Below are positions 36,594 through 48,885 of a DNA stretch of 64,000 nucleotides, piece after piece (the first letter of the stretch is position 1; each line of letters opens with the position of its first letter). This DNA comes from Phaeosaccion multiseriatum (lineage: Eukaryota > Protista > Ochrophyta, other classes). A model generated the notes under the pieces. It was not told the origin of the DNA. It did not search any database and saw nothing but the letters and a program-made list of their open reading frames with translations. The stretch lies in assembly GCA_965112735.1 (NCBI GenBank), contig OZ218951.1, forward strand, positions 5,518,001 through 5,582,000, written 5' to 3'. The translations under genes were made by a program, and so were the position numbers.

Positions 36594-38168
36594 TTACTGA
36601 TGCTGCTGCCCCTGCTGCTGCTGCTGTACCACCAACTGCTGCTGCTGCTGTACCACCAACTGCTGCTCTGTGCCCCCTCCGTGTACCTCTCCTCCTTGCC
36701 ACTGCCCCGTCTGCCGCTTGCCCCCCCCCTGCCCACCCATGATGGGGGTCTGCATGCAAGAGAGAGCGAGAGAGGCCGGGGAAAGGCCCTCGTCAGCCCC
36801 CCTTGCCATGAGGGATGGAGCCAGGGGGGAGGGCATATTGTCGTCTGTGGCGTGTTCGGCATGACGGAGCGGAAGCCCATCTGTGTGGGTACCACACGTG
36901 CCTCCTCCTTCTCGTCCTGCTGCTGTTCCTCCTCCTTCTGCTGCTGCTCCCCCTCCTCCTCTTTCTCCTCCTGCTGCTGCGGCGGCGGCTGCTGGTGCTG
37001 TTGCTGCTGCTGGTGCTGCTGCTCCTTCTTCTCCTTTGCGTTGTGGCTCTTGTACAGGGGGCAGTGGCAAGGCAACGGCTGCTGTAGCACCAACTGCAGT
37101 AGCACCAACTGCAGTAGCACCACCTGCTGTAGCACCAACTTCCCCAGCTGCTGCCGGGACAGGAGTCGCCGCCGACTGTTGCTCGACCGGAGCCGCAACA
37201 TCGGCAGGAGCTACGCCTGGCGCCCCTTGTACTTGTGCTGCTTGTGCTTGTACAGGTATTGGTGATACAGCAGCAGGCAATGGTGACGCCGTCGCAGCCC
37301 CACTACCATCACCATCAACACCAGCAGTAGCAGCAGCAGCCCCCGCAGCCGCCGCAGCAGTTGGTGATACAAAGCTTTCAAACGGCGACTTTCCATCATC
37401 TCTCAAGACTTCGAGGATCTGCTGGAAGGAGGGTCTCCGCTCCGGCTCTTGGCTCCAGGAAGCGGTGATGAGGGAGCGGAAGTAGGCGGGGCACCAGTCG
37501 GGGATGGATGGACGAGCCGACGTGTTCAACACGGCAAGAGCGACTGGGGGAGGGGAGGCAGGAAGGAGAGGGAGGGACGGAGGGGGCGAGGAGGGAGGGA
37601 GGGGGGGAGGGAGGGAGAATGGAGGGAATGAAGTGCGTGAGGAGGGAAGGAAGGAGGGAAGGGAAGTGTCCACAAAAGCAATCACAAGATACAAAGAGGA
37701 GCGAAGAGCCCCGTGGATACAAAGAGGAGCTGTGGAAGGCCTTGTCGTATGCAACAACGCCATTCTCTCCCTCTGCCCCTCTTCCTCCCCTCTCCCCTCC
37801 TCTCCCTCCTCTCCCTCCCCCCCTCTCGCTCTCCCTCCCTCATTCCTCCACTCTCCCTCCTCCTCCTCCCGTCATCTCCCTCTCCCTCTCCTCTCTCCAT
37901 CCTCCCCCCCCCCCTCCCTCTTCCCCTCCCTCACCTTGTATCTGACTCATGCCCTCGTAGGGGCACTCTTTGGACAACATTTCCCAACATACGATGGCGA
38001 AACTGACATAAGCATATGGGCATGGGCATGACAAGCATATGGGCAAGAGCAAGCGCATTAGACAGGGATGGATAGAGGTAAATAAGGGGGATACATAAGG
38101 GTACATAAGGGTACGTAGGGGATGGAGGTGGTGTTCAACTAGGGTGGCCACACTTGTCCGGTCCGACA

Positions 38169-38230
<62 letters not shown>

Positions 38231-38732
38231 TCCCTCTCCCTCTCCTCTCTCCGCACATGCCTCTCTGGGCCACGCACTCTCGATACCACCCACACCCCCA
38301 CCCACCCACCCACCCACCTACCCACCCACACCCACCTGTACACGTCCGCTGGAGTAGAGTACTTCTGATTGGCCAACACCTCTGGTGCCATCCACTGCAC
38401 CGTGCCGCAGCTCCCTGTCATGGAGTTGGTGTAAGCCTTGAGCCTGGCCAGACCAAAGTCGCACAAGCGCACACCGAAACTGTCGTCCAAGAGAAGGTTG
38501 GCGCTCTTGAGGTCGCGATGAAGAATGGGTTGGGGCGAGTGCTGATGGAGATAGTTCATCCCGCACGCGGTTCCCTCAGCCACCTTTCGAATGACGGGCC
38601 AGCTCCAGCGGTCAGCAGGGGTGGGGTAGGTGGAGGTGGAGGAGGAGGTTGTGTGTTCGCTCCTCCCTTCACGCTCGTCACGAAGAGCCCCCCATAGAGA
38701 GCCGCGGCTCACAAGCTCCTGTGTCAGTGCGG

Positions 38733-38791
<59 letters not shown>

Positions 38792-41700
38792 GTTGTGTGT
38801 GTGTGAGTGTGTGTGCGAGTGCGTGCGTGCGTGTTTATGGGTGCGTGTGTGTGTGTGCGCGTGTGTGTGAGTGTGTGTGAATGTGTGTGTGTATGTGTGG
38901 TGGTGTGTATGTTTGGGTGGTGCGTGAAAGGAGGAGGGGAAGATCAGTTAGAGGCTTATGGGAGTATCAGTTCGATGTACACGGAGGGGAGGCGGTTCAA
39001 ATGCATAAACTTGTCTTGTCAATGCTTCATCTTCTCACCGTGACGATGGCCCTATTGGGTGGGCTTAGACACGCCCCCATAAACAGGCAAATATTGGGAT
39101 GCCTGAGGCCGGCAAGGATGCCCACTTCTGCCTTAAAGTCGCTGATGAGTGTGTCTGAGGCGTTACGCTGAGCTGCGGCCATGAGCACTTTGATCGCCAC
39201 CGGAGTGCCCCTCCAGGTGCCTTGGTACACCTATAGAAGAGAAGAGAAGAGAGGGAGATGGCAGTGGATGGGGGGGCAGTGCATTGGAGAGAGAGGGACG
39301 AGCGAGATGATGCTCTGACCGTGAGAAGGAGTTAGATGGATGGGAAGCTTCGGACAACAACAAGGAGGTACGACGGAGAGAGAGAGAGAGAGAGGGAGCG
39401 AGCGAGAATGAGAGGGACAGAGCGAGAAGAGAGAGAGAGGGAAAGAGAGGGAGAAAGAGGAAGAAGAGCACGAACATCCTTCCCTTGACTCTTCACCCCC
39501 CCCCCCCCGAGCGGCGCACGGTCACAACTGGCATATGTATGCCGTACGTACCTGCCCGAATCCGCCCCCTCCGATGAGCTCTCCCATGACGAGTTCGCTG
39601 TAGTCAATCTCAAAGAACTTCGGCGCCACCCCCCCGGGAGAAGACAGACCCTCCTCCTCCTTCCCGCCCGACCCCCCGGGGGTGCCTGGAGCAGCAGCAG
39701 TGGCCGCAGCAGAAGGAGTGGTCGCCTCCGGAGACCCAGCCCCCCTGGAAAACGCCCCCTGACCTGTGCTCGGGGCGGCATTGCTCCCTCCTGCTCCTCC
39801 TCCTCCTCCCCGCCCAGCAGCTTCATCAGATCCAGCATACTCCCCCCCCCCACCACCCGTCTTGCCCTCTTTGTTGCTCTCATCAGCGCCCCCCGCCGCC
39901 GCAGCCAGCAGCTTGCCCGGCTTGTAAAGAGGGGAGCTATTGCGGATGCCCGCGCCCCGCTCTTGCTCCTGCAGTTGGTTCTTCATATTCGCCAAACGGG
40001 GATCGATGGGCGGCGGTGGTGGCGGTGCCAGCGCCACCGGGGGTGGTGGTGGTGGTGGCGTTTTCGCGGAGTGTAAATTGCGCGTATTCCTAAGTCCTTC
40101 ATCAGCACCCAATACAGCAGTAGTAGCAGCGGTCGCGATGTCGGCGGTTTGAGTTTCAGTCGGGAGGCCCATGCCGATGGGGGCCGTCGGAGCCCGAGAG
40201 AGGCGGCCTGTATCCTCGTCATCCTCATCCCCCCATGCCCAGCGATCTGCACTGCTTTCCCCTTCTCCTCCTACCGCAGTTGGTAATACAGCGGCGGGAG
40301 GAGGAGCACCAGGAGCGCTGCCAGCCTGCTCCTGCGGCGTTAGAGACAGCTCGAGCTCCAGTGCTGCCTCGTCATTGACGTCCACAGTGTGAGAAACGCC
40401 GCTGTACTCGGGCGAGGGCAGCGAGGAGGGGGTCACATCCTCCATATTGTCCATATTGTCCATGCCTCCGTGTTGGTACGAGACTGTTCCGGCTCCCACG
40501 CGAAGGGGCTGCTGCTGCCGTTGCTGCTGCTGCTTTTGCTGTTGCTGCTGCTGCTGGTGATGTTGTTGCTGTTGCTGTTGCTGCTGCTGCTGCTGTTGCT
40601 GCTTCTGCTGCTGTGCGTGTTGGTGATTCGGGCGCCTCAGTTGGAGCGCGGATCGTGCTCTGAGCTGATTGGGCGAGGGATAGGGCAGGGGCATCGCTGG
40701 GGAGGGAGGACCGGGCCGCTGCCCCTGCCCTTGTATCACCAACTGCTGCTGCTGGAAGGGGTTGGCAGGAGCTTTGCGTGGGGGAGGAGCATGCACGGAA
40801 TGCTGCTGTTGCCCCTGTTGTTGCGGCGGCGGCGGCGTAGGCGGGGTGATAACATCCCCCTCCCCTCCTCCTCCTCCTGCTCCTCCTCCTCCTCCTCCTC
40901 CTCCACCACCGCCGCCGAACGAGTGCGCTCTGGAATGCATTCCTCGAGGCTCCTGCTCGCTCCTGCTGCTGGCCCTGCTTGTAGTGCTATCCAAAAGGAT
41001 GCTGTGGCTGTGGCTGCTCACTTCCCTCGCATCACGCAAGCCCCCCTCGATCCATCCTCCGGTCGGTGTATCACCAACTGCTGCTGGTGCTGCGTAACGG
41101 CGACTCCCCCCTATCGACAGTCCATCCGGAGAGGGAAACCCGCCATACCCCACCCGTCGGGGAGAGGGAAGATAGCCCCCCGAGGCTCCTCCGAACCTCG
41201 CTTGCCCCCCTGGGGACTCGGAAACCCTCCTCGATCTCCTCCGCTCCCCCCCGGGAGAAGGCAGAGGAAGGTGCAAGTAGTGGGGTGTATTATTGTGGCC
41301 GGCGTACGGGGTGTCAGGAGTGGTGACTCCCCCCGGTGTGGCACCCTCCCACGGGAGACCACTCCTGTCCACGGGCATTGCTGGTCTGCCTCTTCCTCCC
41401 CCCCCCCCTCCGTCGTCCAACCACTCGGCGGTGCCCAACAAAGGCTCCGGCCGGGCGCCCAAGGACTGGCCCGCCGGTCGTGGCAGGTACTCACTGCCTT
41501 GCCTCTGTACCACCAACTGCTGTGGATGCCCCTCGGAAGCGCTGTGCTGTAGCAAGGGGCGCCCCTCTTCCTGCCCGCCCCCGCCTCCAATTCGACCACT
41601 TGTACCGTCGAGACTCCCGTGCTGGCGCTCTGTGCCCCCCCCACCCTCTCCCCTCTCATCTCCCCCCCCCCTCCTCCTCCTCCTCCTCCCCCCCCCCCTC

Positions 41701-43021
41701 CTCCTCCTCCTCCCATGTCCTGGAACGACACATCCTCCCTGATGGGCTGTATTGGGGAAGCCCCCCCCGTGGCTGAGGGGATGGACGTCGCTTTCACCAG
41801 GCCTGTAGTCAATCCAAAATCTCCAGACGCGCTTAACCTATGCACGCTGCTCGCAGAGGGAGGGAGATATGAGGCATATGGGGAGAGAAGGACATGCTTA
41901 GAGAGCCAGGGGGGGGTGGGCAGCGTGTGGAGGCCGTGGCCGGGACGAAGGCTGATGCTCTGGAGTGTATGTACATCTGCAAACATAACGCTTCCGTATT
42001 TGTGTCGCTCTCTTCTGTCCGTCTCCCTCTCTCTCCCCTCTCTCCATCTTCTCCTCCTCCCTCCCTCCATCTCCCACCCTCTCCTCCCTCCCTCCGCCGC
42101 TCTCTCACCCCCCCCCCCCGCTCCCCCCTCTCCCTCTCACCTTCTCCGAAAGGCCCCAGTACTCCCCGGTGCGTGCGCTCCTAATCGGGAGGAGGACTTG
42201 CCCGCTCCTAAGAACCCCATTTCCATATCAACATCCTCGACTTTCGCCCCCCCAAGCTTGCCGCCCCTGCCGAGATAACCGTCCGCCTTCCACTTGATGT
42301 GGCCATGCCCGTCTCTGGCACCACACAGGCCACCGCCGCTGCCACAGTGGGCGGCCGACCACCGCCTGATGGACACCAGGACGCGGACGGCGACGACAAC
42401 CACAAGGCACAACACTACAGACACCATCACCACGTCGTCGCCGTACAACAGCGCCGAAGCGACAAGCCCCCCCCGACCGTTGCCGTGGGCGCGGGTGCTG
42501 TGCGGCGAAGAGCTGCTGTCTGCAAAGGGCGCCTTGGCTGCACTGCCCTTACCCATGGTGACGACGCCTTTGTGACTAACCTTGCTGCGTGCCTCAACGG
42601 CCGCCGCCACTGCTGCTGCCCCTGCCCCCGCCCCTGCCCTGCCCACCACCCGGGGGTGGGCATCTGGTCTACTTCTATTCTTCACTTGCCAGCCACTGCC
42701 ACCGCCATCAGCCGCGGAAGCACCCGTGCCCTTTTGCTGCAGCTGCTGCTGGCCCCGCTGACCCAGGGCTCGGGCCTGGACTTGAGCCTGAGTCTGACCC
42801 CGACCGTGCTGACTCGCCCGCCGCTGCCGCTGGTCAGGCCCACCAATGAGCACCCCATCGGGTGACACCCTCTTCTCCCCTCGTTGTTGAGGAGCAGCCA
42901 TAGCCTCATGGTGGTCGTGGGGGTTGTGATAATTGTGAGGGGGCCCGAGTGAAGGCGCGTCTCTTTCATCGCCCTTCCTCGCCTTCGCAGAGAGGGAGTG
43001 GTACCGCGACGCGGGCGTCAT
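36594..43021 (-). CDS. TKL / Raf-like Ser/Thr protein kinase with long disordered N-terminus; 6 exons, one apparent frameshift in a G-run
   Basis: Exons: 43021-42141, 41837-39552, 39230-39039, 38718-38336, 38002-37935, 37543-36594. Motifs: [83 protein letters not shown]. The frame changes within the poly-C stretch at 41661-41713. Confidence 0.9.
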
Positions 43022-43401
43022 TGGTTCCTCTTCTGAAGCCTTTTCTGCTGCTTCTCGTCCTGCAGTTGCGTCATCTCGACCAACCCAACCCAGTGCGGTA
43101 GCCCTATTATTTGTTTCCTTTCAGGGTGGGCTTGCTACATCGAGTACGGCCTTCTGAAACCATAAATGTCCCATGTTGGATGTTCATACATCGCCCAGAG
43201 TGAGGGCACGCCAGCAAGGTGCCTGTGAGCAGCTCAAAGCTGCTAGGGGGGCCGAAATTGAACGAAGTCAAGTGAGGAAAATCAGAACGCAATCCACTGC
43301 CATCCCATACAGAGGCATATCGATCGTTTGTGATCTTTGTGGGGATTGATTGGGGGGATCGGGGGAGCACGGACGGAAGGGCGGGAGGGAGGGTTGTCAC
43401 A

Positions 43402-44619
43402 ATGCAAGAGGGCGGGAACAATGTGTGCGAGGTCTGCGGCAAGACGGCCTCCATGACCTGCCCCACGTGTATGAAGCTGGGCCTGCCGCCCTCCATGTAC
43501 TGCAGCCAGGCTTGCTTTCAGGGGCAGTGGAGCTCGCACAAGGGACTGCACAAGATGGCCAAGTTAGCGGCGGCTACAGCCAGCAGTACAAGTAGTAGTA
43601 ATCATAGTAGTAGTAACAGCAGCAATGGTAGCAGCAGCGGTGGGGGCGGCATCCTTCCAGTCCCGCCAGAGTTCAACGGGTACTCTGGGTATACCGGCTC
43701 GCTTCGGCCTCACCCTCGCTCTGCCCGGAGGTCGGTGCCGGATCGCATCCGAAAGCCGGACTACGCGACACACCCGGGAGGCAGGGCGGCGGGGGAGGAG
43801 ACGTCCAAGCGGGCAGGCGGCAACGGGATCCGGTGTTACACGCCCGGGCAGATCAAGGGCATGCGGGAGGCCTGCCGGGCCGGGCGGGAAGTGCTGGACA
43901 TTGCGGGAAAGGCCGTGAAAGTGGGGGTGACTTGCGACGAGATTGATCGCGTGGTGCACGAGGCCTGCCTGGAGAGGGACTGCTACCCCTCCCCCCTGAA
44001 CTACTACACCTTCCCCAAGAGCGTCTGCACTTCGGTCAATGAGGTGATTTGCCACGGCATTCCCGACATGTACGAGCTAAAGGACGGAGACATTGTCAAT
44101 GTCGACGTTACCACCTACACCGGGGCAGGCTTCCACGGAGACCTCAACGAGACCTTCTTGGTAGGGAATGTGGACGACGATTCGGTGAGACTCGTCGAGA
44201 CGGCCTTTGCCTGCCTGTCCACTGCCGTCGCCATGGTCCGCCCGGGCACAATGTACAGAGACGTGGGCAACGAGATTCACAAGGTGGCCTCTGCTGCGGG
44301 GTGTCAGGTTGTTAAAACCTACTGCGGGCACGGCATCGGGGACCTGTTTCACACCACCCCCAACGTTCCACACTACCGCAAGAACAAGGCCAAGGGGATT
44401 ATGAAGGCGGGGCACATCTTCACTATCGAGCCTATGATCAACCTAGGCGGCTTTGCAGACAGCACCTGGCCCGACAACTGGACAGCAGTGACCAGGGACG
44501 GCTCTCGCTCGGCGCAGTTCGAGCACACGCTGCTCGTAACAGAGACCGGGTATGACATCCTCACCGCGAGGGACGACGAACCCGTCATGAAGTGGAACAG
44601 AGACCTCGTGCAGCGGTGA
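43402..44619 (+). CDS. METAP1: Methionine aminopeptidase 1 with N-terminal C6H2 zinc finger, intronless
   Basis: CEVCGKTASMTCPTC...YCSQACFQGQWSSHKGLH, YPSPLNYYTFPKSVCTSVNEVICHGIPD, GDIVNVDVT, FHGDLNETF, YCGHGIG, FTIEPMIN, SAQFEHTLLVT. Confidence 0.96.
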   Translation: MQEGGNNVCEVCGKTASMTCPTCMKLGLPPSMYCSQACFQGQWSSHKGLHKMAKLAAATASSTSSSNHSSSNSSNGSSSGGGGILPVPPEFNGYSGYTGSLRPHPRSARRSVPDRIRKPDYATHPGGRAAGEETSKRAGGNGIRCYTPGQIKGMREACRAGREVLDIAGKAVKVGVTCDEIDRVVHEACLERDCYPSPLNYYTFPKSVCTSVNEVICHGIPDMYELKDGDIVNVDVTTYTGAGFHGDLNETFLVGNVDDDSVRLVETAFACLSTAVAMVRPGTMYRDVGNEIHKVASAAGCQVVKTYCGHGIGDLFHTTPNVPHYRKNKAKGIMKAGHIFTIEPMINLGGFADSTWPDNWTAVTRDGSRSAQFEHTLLVTETGYDILTARDDEPVMKWNRDLVQR

Positions 44620-46141
44620 CCTTCGCGACCTTCGTGCTCGGACTTGGGGGTGGGGGGCAAGGGAGACCCAAGTTGGTGTGGAAGCACTGGTGGGGGCGGG
44701 GCTGGGGGGTGGGACCGAATCACCCCCAATGTGAGTTTGGCGGCACTGAGGGAGTGAGGGAATGGGCCTGCGGCAGGGAGTAGACCAGTGCCCGGTATAG
44801 ACCTGTATACCCTATGGCCATGGCCACCGTATGTAATGAATGGGTCTGCTCGCTTGCGGCCTCATCTTCTCAGCCCCCCTGGCCTTGTTGGGCCTCTGCG
44901 TTGAGCCCTCTCAACTGCCTTTCAAAGGCCCAACCTCTCTCACTTCATTGCCAAGAGCCTCACTCACTCACGCACTCACTCACCCTACCCCTCTCACTTC
45001 ATTGCCAAACCTCACTCAATCATACCGCACGGATAGAGTGGGCGGAGGAGGTGGGGGCGAGGGGAGGCGAAGGGAGAGACGTCTCGCGCTGTGGTGTGGT
45101 GTGCAGATGTGTGCGTGTATATATGTATACACACCTAAGCACCTACGATATACGTTACAGCCAACCCCAGCAGCCCATACGCTCAGCTTCTCCCCTCTTG
45201 GTCTCCTTGATGAGCATATATAATCAATGAGTCAATTTTCCACCTTCTCATTTATTACTTACTACTAAGTAGTATCTCTTTATTCTCATTGGGGAGAAGG
45301 CCTCCACTCCGCGAGAGCATGCTTCCCCCTCAGTGAGCCACGTGGGCCCACTCTGGGATGCCCACTCTGCCCGTTGTGGCCCCTCTCGGATACCCTCTCT
45401 GGGCACCACTCTGGGGTACCCAATCTGCTCCAGCACACTGGCTGTGTGGCTTCGTTCGTTCGCCTCGACTCATCTGCGTGTCGAGCCGAGGAATCACCAG
45501 GGCACCAGGTAGTGGGTGGTGAGGACCCAAGTACATGTACACGCGACAGCCCGCGCCGCCGCCATCCTCCTTCAGTCAAGCATCCCTCCCCTCCCCCCCG
45601 GTTATAGGGGAGCCCGTCAGCGTTGTTAACGACACCGCATGCCCTGCGGAATCGCGAAGGCAGCAACTGGACCTCATCTCCCACACGGACCGCCTCCCTC
45701 TTCGTGGCTGCGGTGGTGGTGGTGGTGGTGGTGGTGGCTGGGCTGCTCCTCCCCTTGCCCCCCCCCTTGCCCTCCCTGAGCATGAGCAGCAACGGCTGGG
45801 CCAGAGGCGGTGCGCGGCTTCCTCGCTTTTTGCTTCGTACGCTTTCTCCCCACGGAAGCCTCCTCCTCCTCGCGGCCGTCGCAGGAGGGGGGAGTTGTTG
45901 AGGAAGGAAGGCCTCAGCGGTCGATGCATCACGAGGCTGTGCACTCTCTGTCTACTCTCCTCTTGTTCCTGCTCAGGGGAGCAGACAGCAGACAGAGGCA
46001 CGAAAGCTACCAGACACTGCAGAGAGAGGGGAGAGAGACAGGGACACCGACAGAGACACAGCGCTCCTGCTGCTGCTACTGCTCTTGCTGCCGCCGCGGT
46101 GCTCTTGCTGCTGCTGTATCGCCAGCTGCTGCTTCTCTTGT

Positions 46142-48602
46142 TCAACGCTTGGAGAGAGTGTAGGAGTAGTCCGCTACTGTCCTCCCCTCCTGCCGTGCCT
46201 TCTCCTCGTATGTCGTCACGGGCCTCCACGCAGGCCTCTCGTCTAACTTGCCTCCTTCCCACCTCCACTTCACCTCGGCTTGCAGAACCGACTGCTCCTG
46301 CCGCTCCTGCTGCTGTATCACCAACTGCTTCTCCTGCTGTTGCTGCCCCATGACCTCTTCGATGTGCGCCTTGTACGCGTCGTCGTCAGTTGCAATGTGC
46401 AGATGCCCACCATGCCTGGTTCGGGCCGCCAGCAACTCCAGTAGCAGAGGCCGCACCAGTCGCCGCTCGGGGGTGGTGGGGAAGGGGTCGGGGAAGAACA
46501 CGTGTGCTCGGGACAGACTGTCGTCTGGCAGTGGATGGCAGGGGATGGCAGTGGATGGAGAGGGCGGGGGGAGGGGGGGGGGTATTAGACGGGTAGTGGA
46601 TGGCAGTGGAGGAGAGGGCCGAGGGGGCAGTGGATGGCAGTGGGTGGCAGTGGGAGGCAGTGGATGGCAGTGGATGGAGAGGGCAGAGGGGGTTGTTGGA
46701 GGGGGGCACAGTAACGTGATGTGTCTACAGGTGGCGGTGTGGGGACTCGCTTCAGACACAAGGATTCGACCCCCAACCATTCAACCACCCCCACTCACCC
46801 CCAACCACGCCCCGCCCCCCCCCCCGCACCTTGGATGTGGTCCATGAGGACTGCGATGGCGTCTCCGCTGCACACTCGCACGTTGTCGTTGTCTCCAGCA
46901 CCGGTCTCCTCCGCCTTCTCCTCCTCCTGCTCCTGCCCCCGTCCCACCTCGCCCTCCCCCTCCTGGGCGCCCCTGTCCCTTAGAGCCTGGAGACAAGCTG
47001 CGAGGGCTGGCCGGTGCACTTCACAGCCCACAAAACGCCAGTCAGACTGAGCGGCGGACTGGAGTGGAGCAGGAGGAAGAGAGGGGAAGACAGAGGGGTG
47101 GGCACACGGGCAGGGCAGACGAAACCGACGAAACCGACGAAACAGAACACAAAGGGAGAGAGAGCAGAACTTCAATTCAATGGAATCACCACAGCAGTGG
47201 CGTGCAGCTCTCTTCACCACCCCACCCAAGAGGAGGATGAGAGCCCTGATGTCATAGAGTGCCATTCAGGGGGAGAGACATTCCATGGTACGCTCCTCCT
47301 GCCCCCCACGCCTTCACTATCCCCCTCTACCTCCCTCACTCCCACTCTCCTCATTTCACTCCTTCTTTCTCTCACTCTCACTCGTCTTTCTCATACTCTC
47401 TCCCCCCCCCCTCTCTCTCTCCTCATCCCCACCTCATCCCCTCCCTCCCCCTCCTCTCCTCTCTCTCTCCCCACTTCCACGCACGCACCATTCCGACAAT
47501 ACTCTCCCCCCTTCCGAAGCCAATGTCGAACACCACATACTTGGCCTCGCCTCCGAACAGAGAGGGCAGGTCCCACCCACTCTCATTGTACTCCATACTC
47601 AAGCCGAACTTCGGCCAGAGGGTCTGGGGAGACATTGGTGAAGTCAGGGTAGAGGAAAGGTGGGGGCCACGGATGCCGCAGGGGGGGAGGAAGGGGCAAG
47701 GGTGACGGGGTAGTTGTGTTGTGTTGTTCTATCGATGTGATTGATTGAGTTAGGGGGGTAACAGACCAAAGGTGGCTGTCGTGGTCTTGCGTTGTTTGCT
47801 TGACTTGACTCACTCACCCTCAAGGCTGCTCGTTGGCCCTTGGTGATGGGGGCCGCCCTGTTGGGTGTGAAGACGCATGTGTGTGTGCATGTGCGTGAGT
47901 AAGAGGGAGACGAAGAGAGAGGGGACAGACACATACACACAGAGAGAGAGGCAGACGGAGCCAAAGGGAGTCAGAAGAAAGAAGAGAAGTAAAGGAGGAA
48001 AGCTCCAGCCCGATGGCGGTTACGAGGGAGGTAGAGAAGACACGACGACGCCTCAAGCCTCCCGCCCCACGACCGACTATTGGCTTCCATCTCGACTGCC
48101 GCCTCGAGTGGACAATGGCACTGCAGCTCACACCTCTCAGAAGGGAAAGGGAAGGAGATACCCTATGGTGCCCCTCTCACCTTCGCCGAAAGCTTCTGGT
48201 CTTCTTGGCCTCTTTGCGGTCTGCCCGGCTAGTCACTCGCGATAAAGCTCGGGGACTAGCGGCGGCAGCAGAGGCTGCAGCAATAGGAGGAGGAGGAGGA
48301 GGAGGAGGAGAAGGAGGAGGAGGATGGATACTCCGGGCCGGGCCTTCAAGAGCTGTGCGCTTTGCTTCTTCAGACCGAGGGAGCACAAGCTCATCCAAAT
48401 GGCCATGACCACCAATACTAGTTTCCCATCCTCTTAGAAGAAAAGGTGGTTCACTGCCACTGGGGCTGCTTCTGCGGCTTCTACGGCTTCTGCGGCTCAC
48501 AGCCGTGGGGGTGAACGCCGTGAGAGCTACGAACTGGCACCATAATAGGGCTGAGGCCAGTAGGCAGCAGCACCTACGCGTCTGCTTTTTTGCACAGCTC
48601 AT
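46142..48602 (-). CDS. trmB: tRNA (guanine-N7)-methyltransferase, bacterial TrmB type, probably plastid-targeted; 5 exons
   Basis: Exons: 48602-48181, 47857-47818, 47623-47489, 47058-46830, 46524-46142. Motifs: RSFRRR-AAPITKGQRAAL, VFDIGFGRGESI, FVGCEVHRP, GDA, HVFFPDPFP, HIATDDDAY, RPVTTYEEKA. The N-terminus is a signal peptide, then LTA|FTP and an R/S-rich transit-like segment. Confidence 0.9.
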
Positions 48603-48885
48603 TTCTGCGGATTGCCATGCTAGCCTGTTGGTTGTCCAATGGTCGACAGGATTGAAGAGGTGATGGTGATCCCCCCCTTCCAAAGCAAGCAAGCCAGGAG
48701 TCTCTTCTCGTTTATCACAAGGCGAACTGATTCACAAGAAGATAAGCACTCGTGCTGGAGAGCTGGTTGTGTGTGTGGTGGAAGGGAACAGCAGCAACAC
48801 GCCAAGCTGGCTGTGCTTCAATCCAATTTCCGCTTGAGTTTTATTCTCAACCGTCGACTTGCCGTCGAGTGTGGGTGGAAAAGTT

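Noticed and set aside
45286-46140. Possible extra minus-strand gene downstream of trmB
   Set aside because: Only short overlapping low-complexity ORFs with no recognisable domain or consistent splice model. It may be the trmB 3' UTR or a relic.
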